A stretch of 64,000 nt of DNA from Pseudomonadales bacterium (GTDB lineage Bacteria; Pseudomonadota; Gammaproteobacteria; Pseudomonadales; UBA7434): NCBI GenBank assembly GCA_965216795.1, contig OZ244196.1, positions 1,409,044 through 1,473,043 of the forward strand, read 5' to 3'. Under the pieces are notes generated by a model, which made no database searches, was not told where the DNA came from, and worked only from the letters and a program-made list of their open reading frames with translations. A program made the position numbers and the translations under genes. Positions 8,268 through 18,880 of the stretch are shown here, piece after piece (the first letter of the stretch is position 1; each line of letters starts with the position of its first letter).

Positions 8268-11200
8268 GTGGTCGCAGACAAACTTCCCACGCCCGATGTC
8301 AACACGGGCATCATTGCCTGGTTTGCAAGGAATCACGTCGCCGCCAACCTGTTGATGATTTTCATCCTCATGGTCGGCCTGCTCTCGCTCACGCAGGTGC
8401 GCCGCGAGCTCAACCCCGACCTGACCATCGACGTCATTCATATTTCGGCCGCCTACCCCGGCGCCTCACCCGAGGAAGTCGAGCGCGGTGTCACGACAAA
8501 GATCGAGCGCGCCATCAAGGACATCTCTGGCATCGAGGGCTTCGATTCCTATACCTACGAGAATGTCGTCTCTTTCTATATCGATGTGCTCGAAGGCTTC
8601 GACGTGGCACTGGTGCTTGACCAGGTCAAAAATCGCGTCGATGGCATATCCAACTTTCCCGACCTGATGGAAACACCGGTCATCGAACAGTTCGAGTTCG
8701 AGATCCCTGCCATCCAGCTCCAGGTCCATGGCAACATTACCGAGAAGCACCTGAGCGTACTGCTGCGCGATATCAAGCGCGAAGTGCTGGCGCTGCCCGA
8801 AATTTCCTCGGCAGAAATCTTCGGCATGCGCGACTATGAAGTGTCTGTCGAAGTGAGCGAAACCGCGTTGCGCAAGTACGGGCTGACCCTGCGTGACGTC
8901 GCCAATGCCATCAATCGTTCGTCGCTTGACCTCGCCGGCGGATCGATTCGCTCTGATACTGGCGACATCCTGCTGCGCACCAACGGCCAGGCATTCCACC
9001 AGGGAGATTTCGAGAAAATCGTGCTGCGCAGCTTTGGCGACGGCACCCGCATATTGCTTGGCGATGTTGCACTGGTCCGCGATGAATTCGTGCAGGGATC
9101 GGGCATGACACTGTTTGATCGCGAGTACGGTGCCGGGCTCATGGTGAGCGCCGTTGGCGACCAGGACGTGATTCGCACCACCGAGATCATCAAGGAATAC
9201 GCCGCCCAGCGCCAGCTGACCCTGCCCGAAGGCGTCAAGATCAGTCTCTGGCAGGACCTGAGCCACTATATTGGCGGCCGCATCGAGCTGATGGGTAAAA
9301 ACCTGGCGCTGGGTGCAACACTGGTACTGATCATCCTGCTGGTATTGCTCAACTTCAAGCTCGCGTTCTGGGTCATGGCCGGGCTGCCCGTGTGCTTCCT
9401 TGGCACCATTGCATTGATGCAGCTCGAAGGTATCAATGTCACCCTTAACATGGTCAGCCTGTTCGGCTTTATCACCGTGCTGGGCATCATGGTTGACGAC
9501 GCCATTATCATTGGCGAGAGCATTGACTCGGCGACGCGCGACCAGGGGCTCAGCGTAGACAACGTCATCAGCGGTGCCAAGCAGGTCGCCCTGCCCGCCA
9601 CGTTTGGCGTGTTGACCACGGTCGCGGCGTTTATACCCACGGTAACGCTCAGCGGCGTTTTTGCACCGATGCCCGCAGCACTGGGCTGGGTCGTCATTTT
9701 CTGCCTGTTGCTATCGCTGGTCGAGTCCAAGCTGATACTGCCCGCGCACATCGCCCACTCCCGACTCACCCGCATACCGCTGCTCGATTTTCTTTCGCGT
9801 CACTCAGACCGGGTGTCCGCAAAAACCAACCTCGCGCTCAAGCACTTCGTCGAGACGCACTACCTGCCCTTTTTGACCCGCTGCATAGAGCTGCGGTATA
9901 CCACCGTAGCAAGCTTTGTCGCCGCACTGATCCTCGCTGCCGGCGTTGTGCTTAGCGGCATCGTACTGCTCGTTGTCGTACCGGTTGTGCCCTCCGACTT
10001 CCTGACGGCACGAGTCGAAATGATTGAGGGAACCCCCGACAAAAAAACCTTTGAAGCCATTCACCAGCTCAATGCCAGCCTTTATAAAACCAATGAAGAC
10101 TACATTGATGAGTCAGGCGGTAAAGAAGGTTTTATTCGCCACGCATTTGTCTGGGGCCTGGGTGGCGATGCGGCTGAATTTACCGTAGAACTGACCAAGC
10201 ACGAAGATCGCGATATCGACAGCTACGAAATTATTCGCCGCTGGCGCGACCAGACGGGCAACGTTCCTGGCACGCGAAGCGTGACCTTTAAATCCGAAGA
10301 CGATTCCTTCGGCGACCCCGTCTCCATCAACCTGGTGAGCGACAACCAGGAGCACCTGGTCAACGCTGCACTGGAGCTGCGCGACAAGATCAGCCTCTAT
10401 GAGGGCGTCTATGACGCAGAGACAACGCTGAGCGACCAGCTCGATGAGCTGCAACTGCAGATCAAACCGGCCGCCGAGGCACTCGGCCTGAGCCTGAGCG
10501 ATCTGGGCGGGCAGGTGCGCGATGCCTTTTACGGCATCGAAGCCCAGCGCCTGCAGCGCGGCGATGACGAGGTCAAGGTCATGGTCAGATACCCGCGCGA
10601 TGAGCGAAAATCGCTGGCCGACCTGGAAGAAATGCGCATCCGTACCGCAGATGGCTCCGAAATTCCCTTTTATTCCGTCGCCCAGTTGAATCCAAGCCCA
10701 AGCTATGCGCGCATCTCTCGCATTGACGGTCAGCGCGCGGTCAACGTGTCTGCCAAGGTCGACAAGCTCAACTACAACCCCGATGCTATTGCCGCAGAAA
10801 TCATTGCGACCGAGCTTCCCAGGCTGCAGAAAAAGTACCCTGGCCTGAAGTTCGAAACCGACGGCGAAACCGAGCACTCCAACGAACTACTGGTCGGGCT
10901 CGCCAAGGGCTTTATGCTTGCGATCATTGCGGTGTACGCGCTGCTCGCCATTCCACTGAAGTCCTATACCCAGCCGCTGATCATCATGTCGGCGATTCCC
11001 TTCAGCCTGATTGGCGCGGTCATCGGGCACTGGGTGTTGGATACTGCATTTTCAATGATGTCATTTTTCGGCGTGATTGCACTGACCGGAGTCGTGGTCA
11101 ACGACAGCCTGATACTGACCGACGCGATTAACCAGCGCCTGCGCGCCAAAATGCCACTGATGGAGGCCATTCTCTCATCCTGTCAGCGCCGCTTCAGGGC

Positions 11201-11438
11201 TATTCTCATCACGTCGCTGACCACGTTTTTCGGCCTGTTCCCAATGCTGCTCGAGAAGAGCCTGCAGGCCCAGCAGATGCTGCCAATGGCTATCTCGCTG
11301 GCCTTCGGGATCGTATTCGCGACCTTCATTACCCTGCTGCTGATCCCCTGCCTGTTCGTCATCCTCCACGACCTGCAAAATCGCAGGCCCGGCACAATGC
11401 CTGAAGAGAGCATCCTCCCCGCGCAGGGCCAGGCCTGA
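8268..11438 (+). CDS. Efflux RND transporter permease (AcrB/AcrD/AcrF family)
   Basis: 1056 aa with a 12-TM two-fold repeat architecture. N-terminal IAWFARNHVAANLLM. GTG start follows the adaptor stop directly. Confidence 0.95.
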   Translation: MVADKLPTPDVNTGIIAWFARNHVAANLLMIFILMVGLLSLTQVRRELNPDLTIDVIHISAAYPGASPEEVERGVTTKIERAIKDISGIEGFDSYTYENVVSFYIDVLEGFDVALVLDQVKNRVDGISNFPDLMETPVIEQFEFEIPAIQLQVHGNITEKHLSVLLRDIKREVLALPEISSAEIFGMRDYEVSVEVSETALRKYGLTLRDVANAINRSSLDLAGGSIRSDTGDILLRTNGQAFHQGDFEKIVLRSFGDGTRILLGDVALVRDEFVQGSGMTLFDREYGAGLMVSAVGDQDVIRTTEIIKEYAAQRQLTLPEGVKISLWQDLSHYIGGRIELMGKNLALGATLVLIILLVLLNFKLAFWVMAGLPVCFLGTIALMQLEGINVTLNMVSLFGFITVLGIMVDDAIIIGESIDSATRDQGLSVDNVISGAKQVALPATFGVLTTVAAFIPTVTLSGVFAPMPAALGWVVIFCLLLSLVESKLILPAHIAHSRLTRIPLLDFLSRHSDRVSAKTNLALKHFVETHYLPFLTRCIELRYTTVASFVAALILAAGVVLSGIVLLVVVPVVPSDFLTARVEMIEGTPDKKTFEAIHQLNASLYKTNEDYIDESGGKEGFIRHAFVWGLGGDAAEFTVELTKHEDRDIDSYEIIRRWRDQTGNVPGTRSVTFKSEDDSFGDPVSINLVSDNQEHLVNAALELRDKISLYEGVYDAETTLSDQLDELQLQIKPAAEALGLSLSDLGGQVRDAFYGIEAQRLQRGDDEVKVMVRYPRDERKSLADLEEMRIRTADGSEIPFYSVAQLNPSPSYARISRIDGQRAVNVSAKVDKLNYNPDAIAAEIIATELPRLQKKYPGLKFETDGETEHSNELLVGLAKGFMLAIIAVYALLAIPLKSYTQPLIIMSAIPFSLIGAVIGHWVLDTAFSMMSFFGVIALTGVVVNDSLILTDAINQRLRAKMPLMEAILSSCQRRFRAILITSLTTFFGLFPMLLEKSLQAQQMLPMAISLAFGIVFATFITLLLIPCLFVILHDLQNRRPGTMPEESILPAQGQA

Positions 11439-11625
11439 CCCCGAGTCAAAGCCCGGGCCCGGGAATTACTGGCGCAATCAACGGATCCAAGGTGAAAAGC
11501 CGGGCAGATATGCCCGATTGGCGCTTTTCATCGGCATTTTAAGCCGCTACTATAGCGCCCCTGCTGGCCATCCCCAGCAAGCAAGCCCAACCATTGACGC
11601 AGGGCCCAGGAGCCCGGAGACCACG

Positions 11626-12048
11626 ATGGCGAGAACCCGTCACGCTGCAGCCGCTGAAGAAGAATCTGATATTGACCTGACGCCCATGCTGGACGTCGTC
11701 TTTATCATGCTGATCTTTTTTATTGTTACCGCATCCTTCGTCAAGGAATTCGGGCTTGAAATCAACCGACCCGACAAAGACCAGCCCGAGGTCGATATTC
11801 CGACCGAAAACCAGAACGTGCTCATCATGGTGAATGCTGCGAATGAAATTCGCATTGACCAGCGGCGCGTTGACATTCGCGCAGTGCGTTCGGTCATCCA
11901 GCGCAAACTTGCTGAAAACCCCGAGGGCAATGTCATTATCAGCGCCCATCCGGAGGCAAAAGCCCGCATCTACGCGGCAATAGCCGACGCAGCCCAGCAA
12001 GCTAAAGACGGAATTGGCGTGACGGTAATTACCAGCGAAAACCAGTAA
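11626..12048 (+). CDS. ExbD/TolR family biopolymer transport protein
   Basis: Start trimmed to MARTRH, after a GGAG. DLTPMLDVVFIMLIFFIVTASF is the canonical ExbD/TolR TM signature. Confidence 0.85.
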   Translation: MARTRHAAAAEEESDIDLTPMLDVVFIMLIFFIVTASFVKEFGLEINRPDKDQPEVDIPTENQNVLIMVNAANEIRIDQRRVDIRAVRSVIQRKLAENPEGNVIISAHPEAKARIYAAIADAAQQAKDGIGVTVITSENQ

Positions 12049-12152
12049 CCGGTAACCGGTGGCTTAGGGATTTCAATCGGCGCGGAAACGACAGCCGGCG
12101 CCCTCGCTACAGCCTGCAATATTGGCCTCAGGCCAGCTGCACAACCGCGGCT

Positions 12153-12698
12153 TTACGCACCTTCCACTGCAGCATCCAGCAGGTCGGCCTCGACGTCCAG
12201 CTCCGCGCTCGCATCGTCACTTTTATGTTCACCACTCTCCAGCCCTAGCAGCCATTTCCTGCGGGCAAAGGCATCGCCGGTACCGGTCGGCCGGCCATTG
12301 CTGCCAATCACGCGATGACAGGGCACCATCACCAATAGCGGGTTGTTGTTGACGGCATTGGCAACCGCGCGAGTGGCTTTGGGTTTCTTGAGGATGCGGG
12401 CGATATCGGCGTAACTGGCGGTTTCGCCATACGGCACGCAGGCAACGGTTTCGAGCACACGCGACTGGAAGTCGCCACCAGCCGGATTTAACCTGAGCGA
12501 GAATCGCTGGCGTTCGCCCGCGAAGTACTCCTTGAGTTGAACGATCGCGTTCACAAAAAACGCCGCATCGCGGCGCCAGTGCGGCTTGGGCAATACCGTT
12601 GACTCATCGACCAGGCTGATCTGGGACAGGCCCTGGAAATCGCCAACCAGCATGAGCTTGCCCAGCGGACACTCTGTATAACAGTAATGTATAGTCAT
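12153..12698 (-). CDS. ogt: Methylated-DNA--protein-cysteine methyltransferase
   Basis: PCHRVIG active-site motif and the YGETASYADIA helix. Start trimmed to MTIHYCY. Confidence 0.9.
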   Translation of the reverse strand: MTIHYCYTECPLGKLMLVGDFQGLSQISLVDESTVLPKPHWRRDAAFFVNAIVQLKEYFAGERQRFSLRLNPAGGDFQSRVLETVACVPYGETASYADIARILKKPKATRAVANAVNNNPLLVMVPCHRVIGSNGRPTGTGDAFARRKWLLGLESGEHKSDDASAELDVEADLLDAAVEGA

Positions 12699-12901
12699 TG
12701 ACCGTTCCCGCCAGATCAAATTTTGAACGTTTTCGCGTCATTGACGCGAGGTGGCACGGACACCGGGACAGACTACGGCATCTTCGTTCCTAGACTACGC
12801 CCTTCGATGGCGTGCTTGGAAGGCAAATATTGCGCAAAAGTGCGGGAGGCCTGCCAAAGCGCGAGCGCCATCACCCTGTGCGATCCGCACTGGACGCGCG
12901 C

Positions 12902-13090
12902 CTAGCTGCCGCGGACGCGCTCCTCGCCACAGCGCTTGCAGCGCTCGCGGGTGACCAGTTTGCCCTGCTGGCTATCAAATGGATTATTTTTGACCACCTC
13001 CCACTGGTGGTGGCCCTGTGCGCAGAGGCTGGAGCGCCGATTGCGAGCCCGGCGCGCCTGCGCCCCAAACTGTCCTTTAACCACGCCCAT
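12902..13090 (-). CDS. Small hypothetical protein with possible zinc-ribbon (C-x3-HH ... C-x2-C)
   Basis: 62-aa ORF. My hand codon read shows G/C at most third positions, unlike the overlapping frames, which read as Ala/Arg/Ser junk. No family recognised. Confidence 0.35.
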   Translation of the reverse strand: MGVVKGQFGAQARRARNRRSSLCAQGHHQWEVVKNNPFDSQQGKLVTRERCKRCGEERVRGS

Positions 13091-13232
13091 GCCGCCACCC
13101 CGGTGATCGGAAAAATCGTTTAATAATTAGGCATTTACCGGAGCGTGAGCAAAGCCACAAGTCGCGATATTTACGACGCGAGAATGTAAAAAACCAGCTA
13201 TACCTAAACACTAGCTTATTCATTTTTCGGCA

Positions 13233-15881
13233 GTGAAATCAACGGCTTCGATGTTTAGTCCAGGCAGCACTCACAACAATAACGGCCAGGTCAGTTTCGA
13301 TATCGAAACCACACCGCTGGCGGTGTGCCTGTTCGACCTGGCCACCATGCACGGCGTCTGTTCGCGGGCACTGTGCGAGTTGTTCCAGTTTCCGGCCAAC
13401 AGCAGCGCCGAACTGTTTACCGACCTGATTCATCCCGACGATCGCGAGCCTGCGCAAGCAGCAGCCGTACAAGCGATCGAAAACGGCTACCAGAAAGTCC
13501 AGTATCGCTCATACACATCGGATGGCCGGCTGCTGTGGGTCAACGCCGAGTACGTGCTGATTCGCAACGCCCAGGGCGAACCCACCCATATCGTCAATCA
13601 CGTCTGCGAAATCACCGACATCAAAGATAAAGTCGAATCGCTGTCCAACAGTGTGAAACTGCATGAGCTGCTGATGGACAAATGCCAGGACGCCATCTGG
13701 CGGGTCGCCCTTCGCGAGCCGATGGACCTGGACGCGCCTGTGGAAACGCAGGTCGAGCACATGCTCGAGAAGGCGTATATCGCCGAACACAATGACGCTT
13801 TTGTTGAAAGCATCAATGCGACAGAACAAAACCTTCGGGGTCAGTCACTGCAGGTGATGTCAGAAAACCCCGAGCAGGCGCGCGACAATATGCGCCTTTT
13901 TATCCAGGCCAACTTCAGCTATCCGGGCATTGAGAGCGAACGTAAATTCGGCGACCAGTCACTGCACCTGAAGATCTGGACCACCCCGATCATCGAGAAC
14001 AACCAGCTGCTGGGCTTCTGGGGCATGTTCGTCAACCTGACTGCACGCAAGAAATACGAGCAGGTGATTTTTGAAATATCGCAGGGGCTGGCCGCTAAAA
14101 CCGGCTGCGATTACTTCAACGCACTCAACCGCTTTATGGTTGAGGCCCTGCAGGCCAGTGGTGCCTATCTCGTTGAAACCGATGAGCTCACCGAGACCAG
14201 CATGGTGCGCTATGGCTTCAACCGGCAGGTGGGCAGCTACCAGGATCACCCGCTTCCCAACGCGATTGTGGCGCAATTCCAGCTAGAGTCGGTTGCTCAC
14301 AGCTCTAACGTCACCATTCGCCAACTCGATGCCAGCAAGAGACTGGCGGGAATGACCTCGCTGCACGGCTGGGACGATGAGGCCATGCGCTTTAAAAGCT
14401 ATGCTGTCAGCGCCCTGCATCACGGCGACCGGCAAACTACGGCATTTCTGGCACTGACCTTTGATACACCGCCAACCGAGCTTGAAAAGATCACCAGCCT
14501 GCTACAGATATTTAGTATTCGCGCTGCGTCAGAGCTACAACGTTCGCGTTATGAGCTGGCGCTTGAAAAGAGCCGCAGTGAAATGGAGCAGCTGGCGCGC
14601 TTCGACCCACTGACCGGGCTGGCCAACCGCCATCACTTCATCGAGTTATTGCAAAGCGCACTCACCGAGCAGGCCAGGCGGTCTGGGAAGGTTGCCCTGC
14701 TTTTGCTTGACCTTGACGGTTTCAAAGAGGTCAACGACACGCTGGGCCATCAGATGGGCGACGCACTACTGGTCACACTCGCCAAGCGCCTGGGCAACAT
14801 CCGCGGCGACTTCAACTACACGCTGGCAAGGCTCGGCGGCGATGAGTTTGCGTTTTTCATCGAAGGTGTGACTGCCGAGCAGATCACATTGTTCTCGGAG
14901 CGGCTGATGGAAAAAATCAGCGGCACGATCAAGCTTGAGAATATCCAGCTGCAGCTGAGCGGCAGCGTCGGCATTTCGGTGTATCCCGACACCGCCGTGA
15001 CAACATCGAAACTGCTGCGCTGTGCAGACATTGCAATGTACAACGCCAAACATGGCGGTCGCAATGTGCAGGTCTACGAGGCATCGATTGACCGGCACTC
15101 TCGCAAACGCCTGACGCTGATGAGCGACCTGAAGACCGCAATCAGCAACCGCGAACTGTTTATTCTCTACCAGCCGCTGATCGACCTGGCCGACCAGTCC
15201 ACCATCGGCTTCGAGGCCCTGCTGCGTTGGCAGCATCCCCACTATGGCCTGGTATCGCCGATGGAGTTTATTCCACTGGCAGAACTGAGTGACACCATTC
15301 ACACGGTCACCGACTGGCTCATCGAGCAGTGCACCCAGCAACTCAGGGACTGGCAGCTGCAGGGGCGCAACCATTTCATCACGATCAACCTGTCAGCCAA
15401 AAACCTGATTGACGTGAAGCTGGTGGAGCGCGTGGGTAAAGCGCTGCAGGAAAAACAGCTACCGCCTCACCTTCTCGAATTCGAGATTACCGAGAGTGCC
15501 TTGATGGGCGATATCGATCGCGCGACGCAGATCGTCAAAGACCTCAAGGCTATGGGTATCAACACCGCTATCGATGACTATGGTACTGGTTACTCGTCAC
15601 TGGCCTACCTGCAACGGTTACCGGTAGACAAACTGAAAATCGATCGCAGTTTTGTTGCCGACATGGTCGAAAATCCCCAGGACAGAATCATCGTCGAGTC
15701 GACAATCCAGTTGGCCCACAACCTCGGCAAGCGTGTGGTCGCCGAGGGCATCGAAGACCAGCAAACCCTGGCCGCGCTCGCCAAACTGGGCTGTGACCTT
15801 GCCCAGGGCTACTACTTTGGCAAACCCATGCCAGCGAGTCACTGGACCGGCAGCGACGACGAACAGCGCTGCGCCAGCTAG
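13233..15881 (+). CDS. Multidomain c-di-GMP turnover protein (PAS / GAF-like sensor, GGDEF, EAL)
   Basis: 882 aa. LGGDEFAF (GGDEF), EALLRWQHP and DDYGTGYSSL (EAL) motifs, plus a PAS-like N-terminus. The start could instead be the ATG at 13251. Confidence 0.9.
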   Translation: MKSTASMFSPGSTHNNNGQVSFDIETTPLAVCLFDLATMHGVCSRALCELFQFPANSSAELFTDLIHPDDREPAQAAAVQAIENGYQKVQYRSYTSDGRLLWVNAEYVLIRNAQGEPTHIVNHVCEITDIKDKVESLSNSVKLHELLMDKCQDAIWRVALREPMDLDAPVETQVEHMLEKAYIAEHNDAFVESINATEQNLRGQSLQVMSENPEQARDNMRLFIQANFSYPGIESERKFGDQSLHLKIWTTPIIENNQLLGFWGMFVNLTARKKYEQVIFEISQGLAAKTGCDYFNALNRFMVEALQASGAYLVETDELTETSMVRYGFNRQVGSYQDHPLPNAIVAQFQLESVAHSSNVTIRQLDASKRLAGMTSLHGWDDEAMRFKSYAVSALHHGDRQTTAFLALTFDTPPTELEKITSLLQIFSIRAASELQRSRYELALEKSRSEMEQLARFDPLTGLANRHHFIELLQSALTEQARRSGKVALLLLDLDGFKEVNDTLGHQMGDALLVTLAKRLGNIRGDFNYTLARLGGDEFAFFIEGVTAEQITLFSERLMEKISGTIKLENIQLQLSGSVGISVYPDTAVTTSKLLRCADIAMYNAKHGGRNVQVYEASIDRHSRKRLTLMSDLKTAISNRELFILYQPLIDLADQSTIGFEALLRWQHPHYGLVSPMEFIPLAELSDTIHTVTDWLIEQCTQQLRDWQLQGRNHFITINLSAKNLIDVKLVERVGKALQEKQLPPHLLEFEITESALMGDIDRATQIVKDLKAMGINTAIDDYGTGYSSLAYLQRLPVDKLKIDRSFVADMVENPQDRIIVESTIQLAHNLGKRVVAEGIEDQQTLAALAKLGCDLAQGYYFGKPMPASHWTGSDDEQRCAS

Positions 15882-16040
15882 CCGCTGCTGCCCCGCACCA
15901 GGCCCCGATCCTGACAGCTTTTTACATTCCAGCGCTGTTTATTCTGCAATGATGGCCGCATTTCCCGGTCTGTAGTACTGTCTGGGGCGGCGGCATCACC
16001 CGCCTGTATATATTTTGATCAGCTCTGCGAGGGTTGGGCG

Positions 16041-16727
16041 ATGCAGGAATACCAGTCGATTATTGAAATCATTGCGTTGAGCATGGGCGTCGCCTGGGCC
16101 AGCGGCATCAATCTCTATGCAGTGCTGCTGGTGCTGGGCATTGGCGGCGCCACCGGGAACATCGCCCTGCCAGAGAACCTGGAAGTGCTCGCCAACCCCA
16201 TGGTGATTAGCGCGGCCGGCCTGATGTACCTGGTTGAATTCGGTGTCGATAAGACGCCAGGGGCCGACAGCCTCTGGGATGGCCTGCACAGCTTCATTCG
16301 CCTCCCGGCGGGGGCCTTACTCGCCGCAGGTATGGTGGGCGAAGTCGAGCCCGCCATGATGCTGGCGGCCGCCATCGTCGGCGGCGGTGTCACCGCAACC
16401 TCACACTTCAGCAAGGCAGGATCGAGACTGCTCATCAACACCTCGCCTGAGCCGGTAAGCAACTGGGCAGCGTCGCTGGGTGAGGACGTCGCCGTGCTGG
16501 GCGGGCTATGGCTGGCACTGAATCACCCGCTGGTATTCCTCGCCGCGCTGGTCGTGTTCATCGGCCTTGCGATCTGGCTGTTGCCAAAACTGGCGAAGCT
16601 GATCGCACAATTGTTTACCCGGCTGAAAAACTTTCTCTCTGGCCAGCAGGGCCTGCGAGACACCAGTGACATAGAGCCCCCGACGACGCTCGATCCGAAC
16701 CTGATCGCCGATCGGCGAAGCCCCTGA
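16041..16727 (+). CDS. DUF4126 family integral membrane protein
   Basis: 228 aa, multi-TM. N-terminal AWASGINLYAVLLVLG and FGVDK motifs as I recall for DUF4126. GAGGG Shine-Dalgarno. Confidence 0.7.
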   Translation: MQEYQSIIEIIALSMGVAWASGINLYAVLLVLGIGGATGNIALPENLEVLANPMVISAAGLMYLVEFGVDKTPGADSLWDGLHSFIRLPAGALLAAGMVGEVEPAMMLAAAIVGGGVTATSHFSKAGSRLLINTSPEPVSNWAASLGEDVAVLGGLWLALNHPLVFLAALVVFIGLAIWLLPKLAKLIAQLFTRLKNFLSGQQGLRDTSDIEPPTTLDPNLIADRRSP

Positions 16728-16885
16728 CAGCGCCAGGCTGTTGGCCTTAGCAACCAGCGCCACGCCGGCTGAGAGCTATTGCCAGCCATTCGATATACCT
16801 TGCAAAATTGCATGCTAGCCGGGCGCTTTGTGGCCTAAAATGATCCATCACTCATCGATACCGCCGTAACACCGGAGCACTCCAC

Positions 16886-18256
16886 GTGGCAAAAATGTCA
16901 GCCGAATTGGCCTGGGAACAGGCGCAGGCACTCAACGAACAGCCCACCGGCGACATATCCCACATTCCCGGCCGCAGGGGCTGGCCTATCGTCGGCGACG
17001 CCTTCACCTTTTTCAACAACCCGCTGCCCTATATGCGGCGATGTATGGCCGAGTACGGGCCGGTGTTTCGCAACCGCATGGGGCCGATGGAAACCGTCAA
17101 CATAATCCACCCCGATGCCCAGCAATTGCTGACCCTCGATCCGGATCAACTGTTTTCCGCAGGCCGGGGTTATGGCACCTCGCTCGGTGAGTTCTTTCCA
17201 GACGGCCTGCTGCTGCGCGATTTCTCTGACCATCGCATGCACCGCCGCATCATGCAGACCTCATTTAAAAATGCCCAGCTCGATGCCTACATGCCAGAAA
17301 TCCACAGCGTTATTCGCAAGCACGTCAAACGCTGGCGCGAACAGGGCGACATAGCGTTTGTCCCTGCAATAAAAGCAGCGCTGCTTGAGGTTGGCTCTCG
17401 CGTTTTCCTGGGCATGGAGTTGGGCGAGGCCTCCGACAAGATCAACCGCAGCTTCATTGCGATGGCAGAGGGCAGTTCGACGCCGCTGCGCTTTGAGATC
17501 CCTGGCACGGTGTACTACCAGGGCAAACGCGGCTACGAATACACGACCCGGTATTTCCGCGAACAGATACCGGTCAAGCGCGCATCAGACGGCAATGACA
17601 TGTTCTCGCTGTTTAGCAAGGAAAAGGACAAGGACGGCAACTATTTCAGCGATGATGATCTCGTGCATCACGTGAACTTCCTGCTGTTTGCCGCGCACGA
17701 TACGACGACCAGCACACTGTCTTCGATGTTTTACGAATTGACGCAGCGGCCACAGTGGATGCAAACCTGTCGCGACGAGGTGAGCGCACTGTCACAGGAT
17801 CAATTGTGCTACGCCGACCTCGATCAACTCGAGCAAATCACTTATTGCTTCAAGGAAACGCTGCGCATGTACCCGCCGGTAGCGGGCTTCGCTCGCCGCA
17901 ATATGCGCGAATTCGAAATTATGGGCTACCGCATTCCAGAGAACTCAACCGTGTCGGTGTCGGTGGTCACCTCACATCGGCTCGAGGAGTTTTACAAAGA
18001 CCCGGACGAGTTTGACCCTACGCGCTTTGCACCAGGGCGCGAGGAGCACAAGGCCCATCCCTTTGCCTGGTTCCCGTTTGGTGGCGGTGCACACAAGTGT
18101 ATCGGTGTGCATTTTGCCGAGATGCTGGTCAAGGTCGCCCTGTTCGAAATGCTGCGCGAGTACGATTTCAAGGCGACCACGCCGCCTTCGCGGGTGCGCT
18201 TCGTTCCCTTCCCGAAACCTGTCAACGACCTGCCGCTGGCAGTCAGCGCGCTCTAA
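16886..18256 (+). CDS. Cytochrome P450
   Basis: Heme-thiolate loop FPFGGGAHKCIGVHFA, ExxR (ETLR) and AAHDTT I-helix motif. 456 aa. Confidence 0.92.
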   Translation: MAKMSAELAWEQAQALNEQPTGDISHIPGRRGWPIVGDAFTFFNNPLPYMRRCMAEYGPVFRNRMGPMETVNIIHPDAQQLLTLDPDQLFSAGRGYGTSLGEFFPDGLLLRDFSDHRMHRRIMQTSFKNAQLDAYMPEIHSVIRKHVKRWREQGDIAFVPAIKAALLEVGSRVFLGMELGEASDKINRSFIAMAEGSSTPLRFEIPGTVYYQGKRGYEYTTRYFREQIPVKRASDGNDMFSLFSKEKDKDGNYFSDDDLVHHVNFLLFAAHDTTTSTLSSMFYELTQRPQWMQTCRDEVSALSQDQLCYADLDQLEQITYCFKETLRMYPPVAGFARRNMREFEIMGYRIPENSTVSVSVVTSHRLEEFYKDPDEFDPTRFAPGREEHKAHPFAWFPFGGGAHKCIGVHFAEMLVKVALFEMLREYDFKATTPPSRVRFVPFPKPVNDLPLAVSAL

Positions 18257-18273
18257 GCGCGACTTACCAGGCA

Positions 18274-18849
18274 GTGAAGCAGGCCAACCCACAGGGTAAG
18301 GGGCTGGTACCCGTCCTCGATGACTGGGCAGCCCTGCAACCTTGCGCGCCACAGGACAAATCGCGGCAGCATATATTCAGCGACTATGTGACTTCATCGC
18401 TGGTACTCTCTGCGGAATTCAACTTCCGGCCGGTTGTGGGAACACGGTATCACCTGTACTACCGGCAGTCGGCGAATACAATCCGCTGGCGGCTGAGCCT
18501 GATAGAACCTGAACGCATGCTCGACGACAGGCTGGGCGAATATTTTGCGTGCGTCAGCCTGAATCGCGATATGACCTGGTCGCTGCACAGCGTCAGCGAT
18601 CGCTATGACGACCAGGTCGTCAACCGATTCCTGCAGGACTTCGCGGCCCACTGCGCGCAGTTCGATACGCTGGCAGACAGCCTGCCGGTGTTTGCCGAGC
18701 AACTGCCTTTTTACCGGCGCATGGCGGCCAGTGCATTGGCGAAGTCGCTGCGCCTGTCGATGACCAGGGCCGGACTCGAAGGGTTGCAGACCCGACAGTG
18801 GCTCGACGCACCGGACACTGATCTGGCCCTGCCGGGCCGACGTAACTGA
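18274..18849 (+). CDS. Hypothetical protein (start uncertain)
   Basis: The track ORF 18097-18849 overlaps the P450 3' end. The first in-frame start after the P450 stop is GTG at 18274. Coding-like sequence (GTRYHLYYRQSANTIRWRLSLIEPE). No family assigned. Confidence 0.5.
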   Translation: MKQANPQGKGLVPVLDDWAALQPCAPQDKSRQHIFSDYVTSSLVLSAEFNFRPVVGTRYHLYYRQSANTIRWRLSLIEPERMLDDRLGEYFACVSLNRDMTWSLHSVSDRYDDQVVNRFLQDFAAHCAQFDTLADSLPVFAEQLPFYRRMAASALAKSLRLSMTRAGLEGLQTRQWLDAPDTDLALPGRRN

Positions 18850-18880
18850 TGCCAATCAAGTCACCAATTCAAATGCAACC

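Noticed and set aside
12743-12757. 15-bp perfect palindrome CGCGTCATTGACGCG upstream of ogt
   Set aside because: A few 7+7 palindromes are expected by chance. The one-base centre cannot form a hairpin loop, and nothing else supports a regulatory role.
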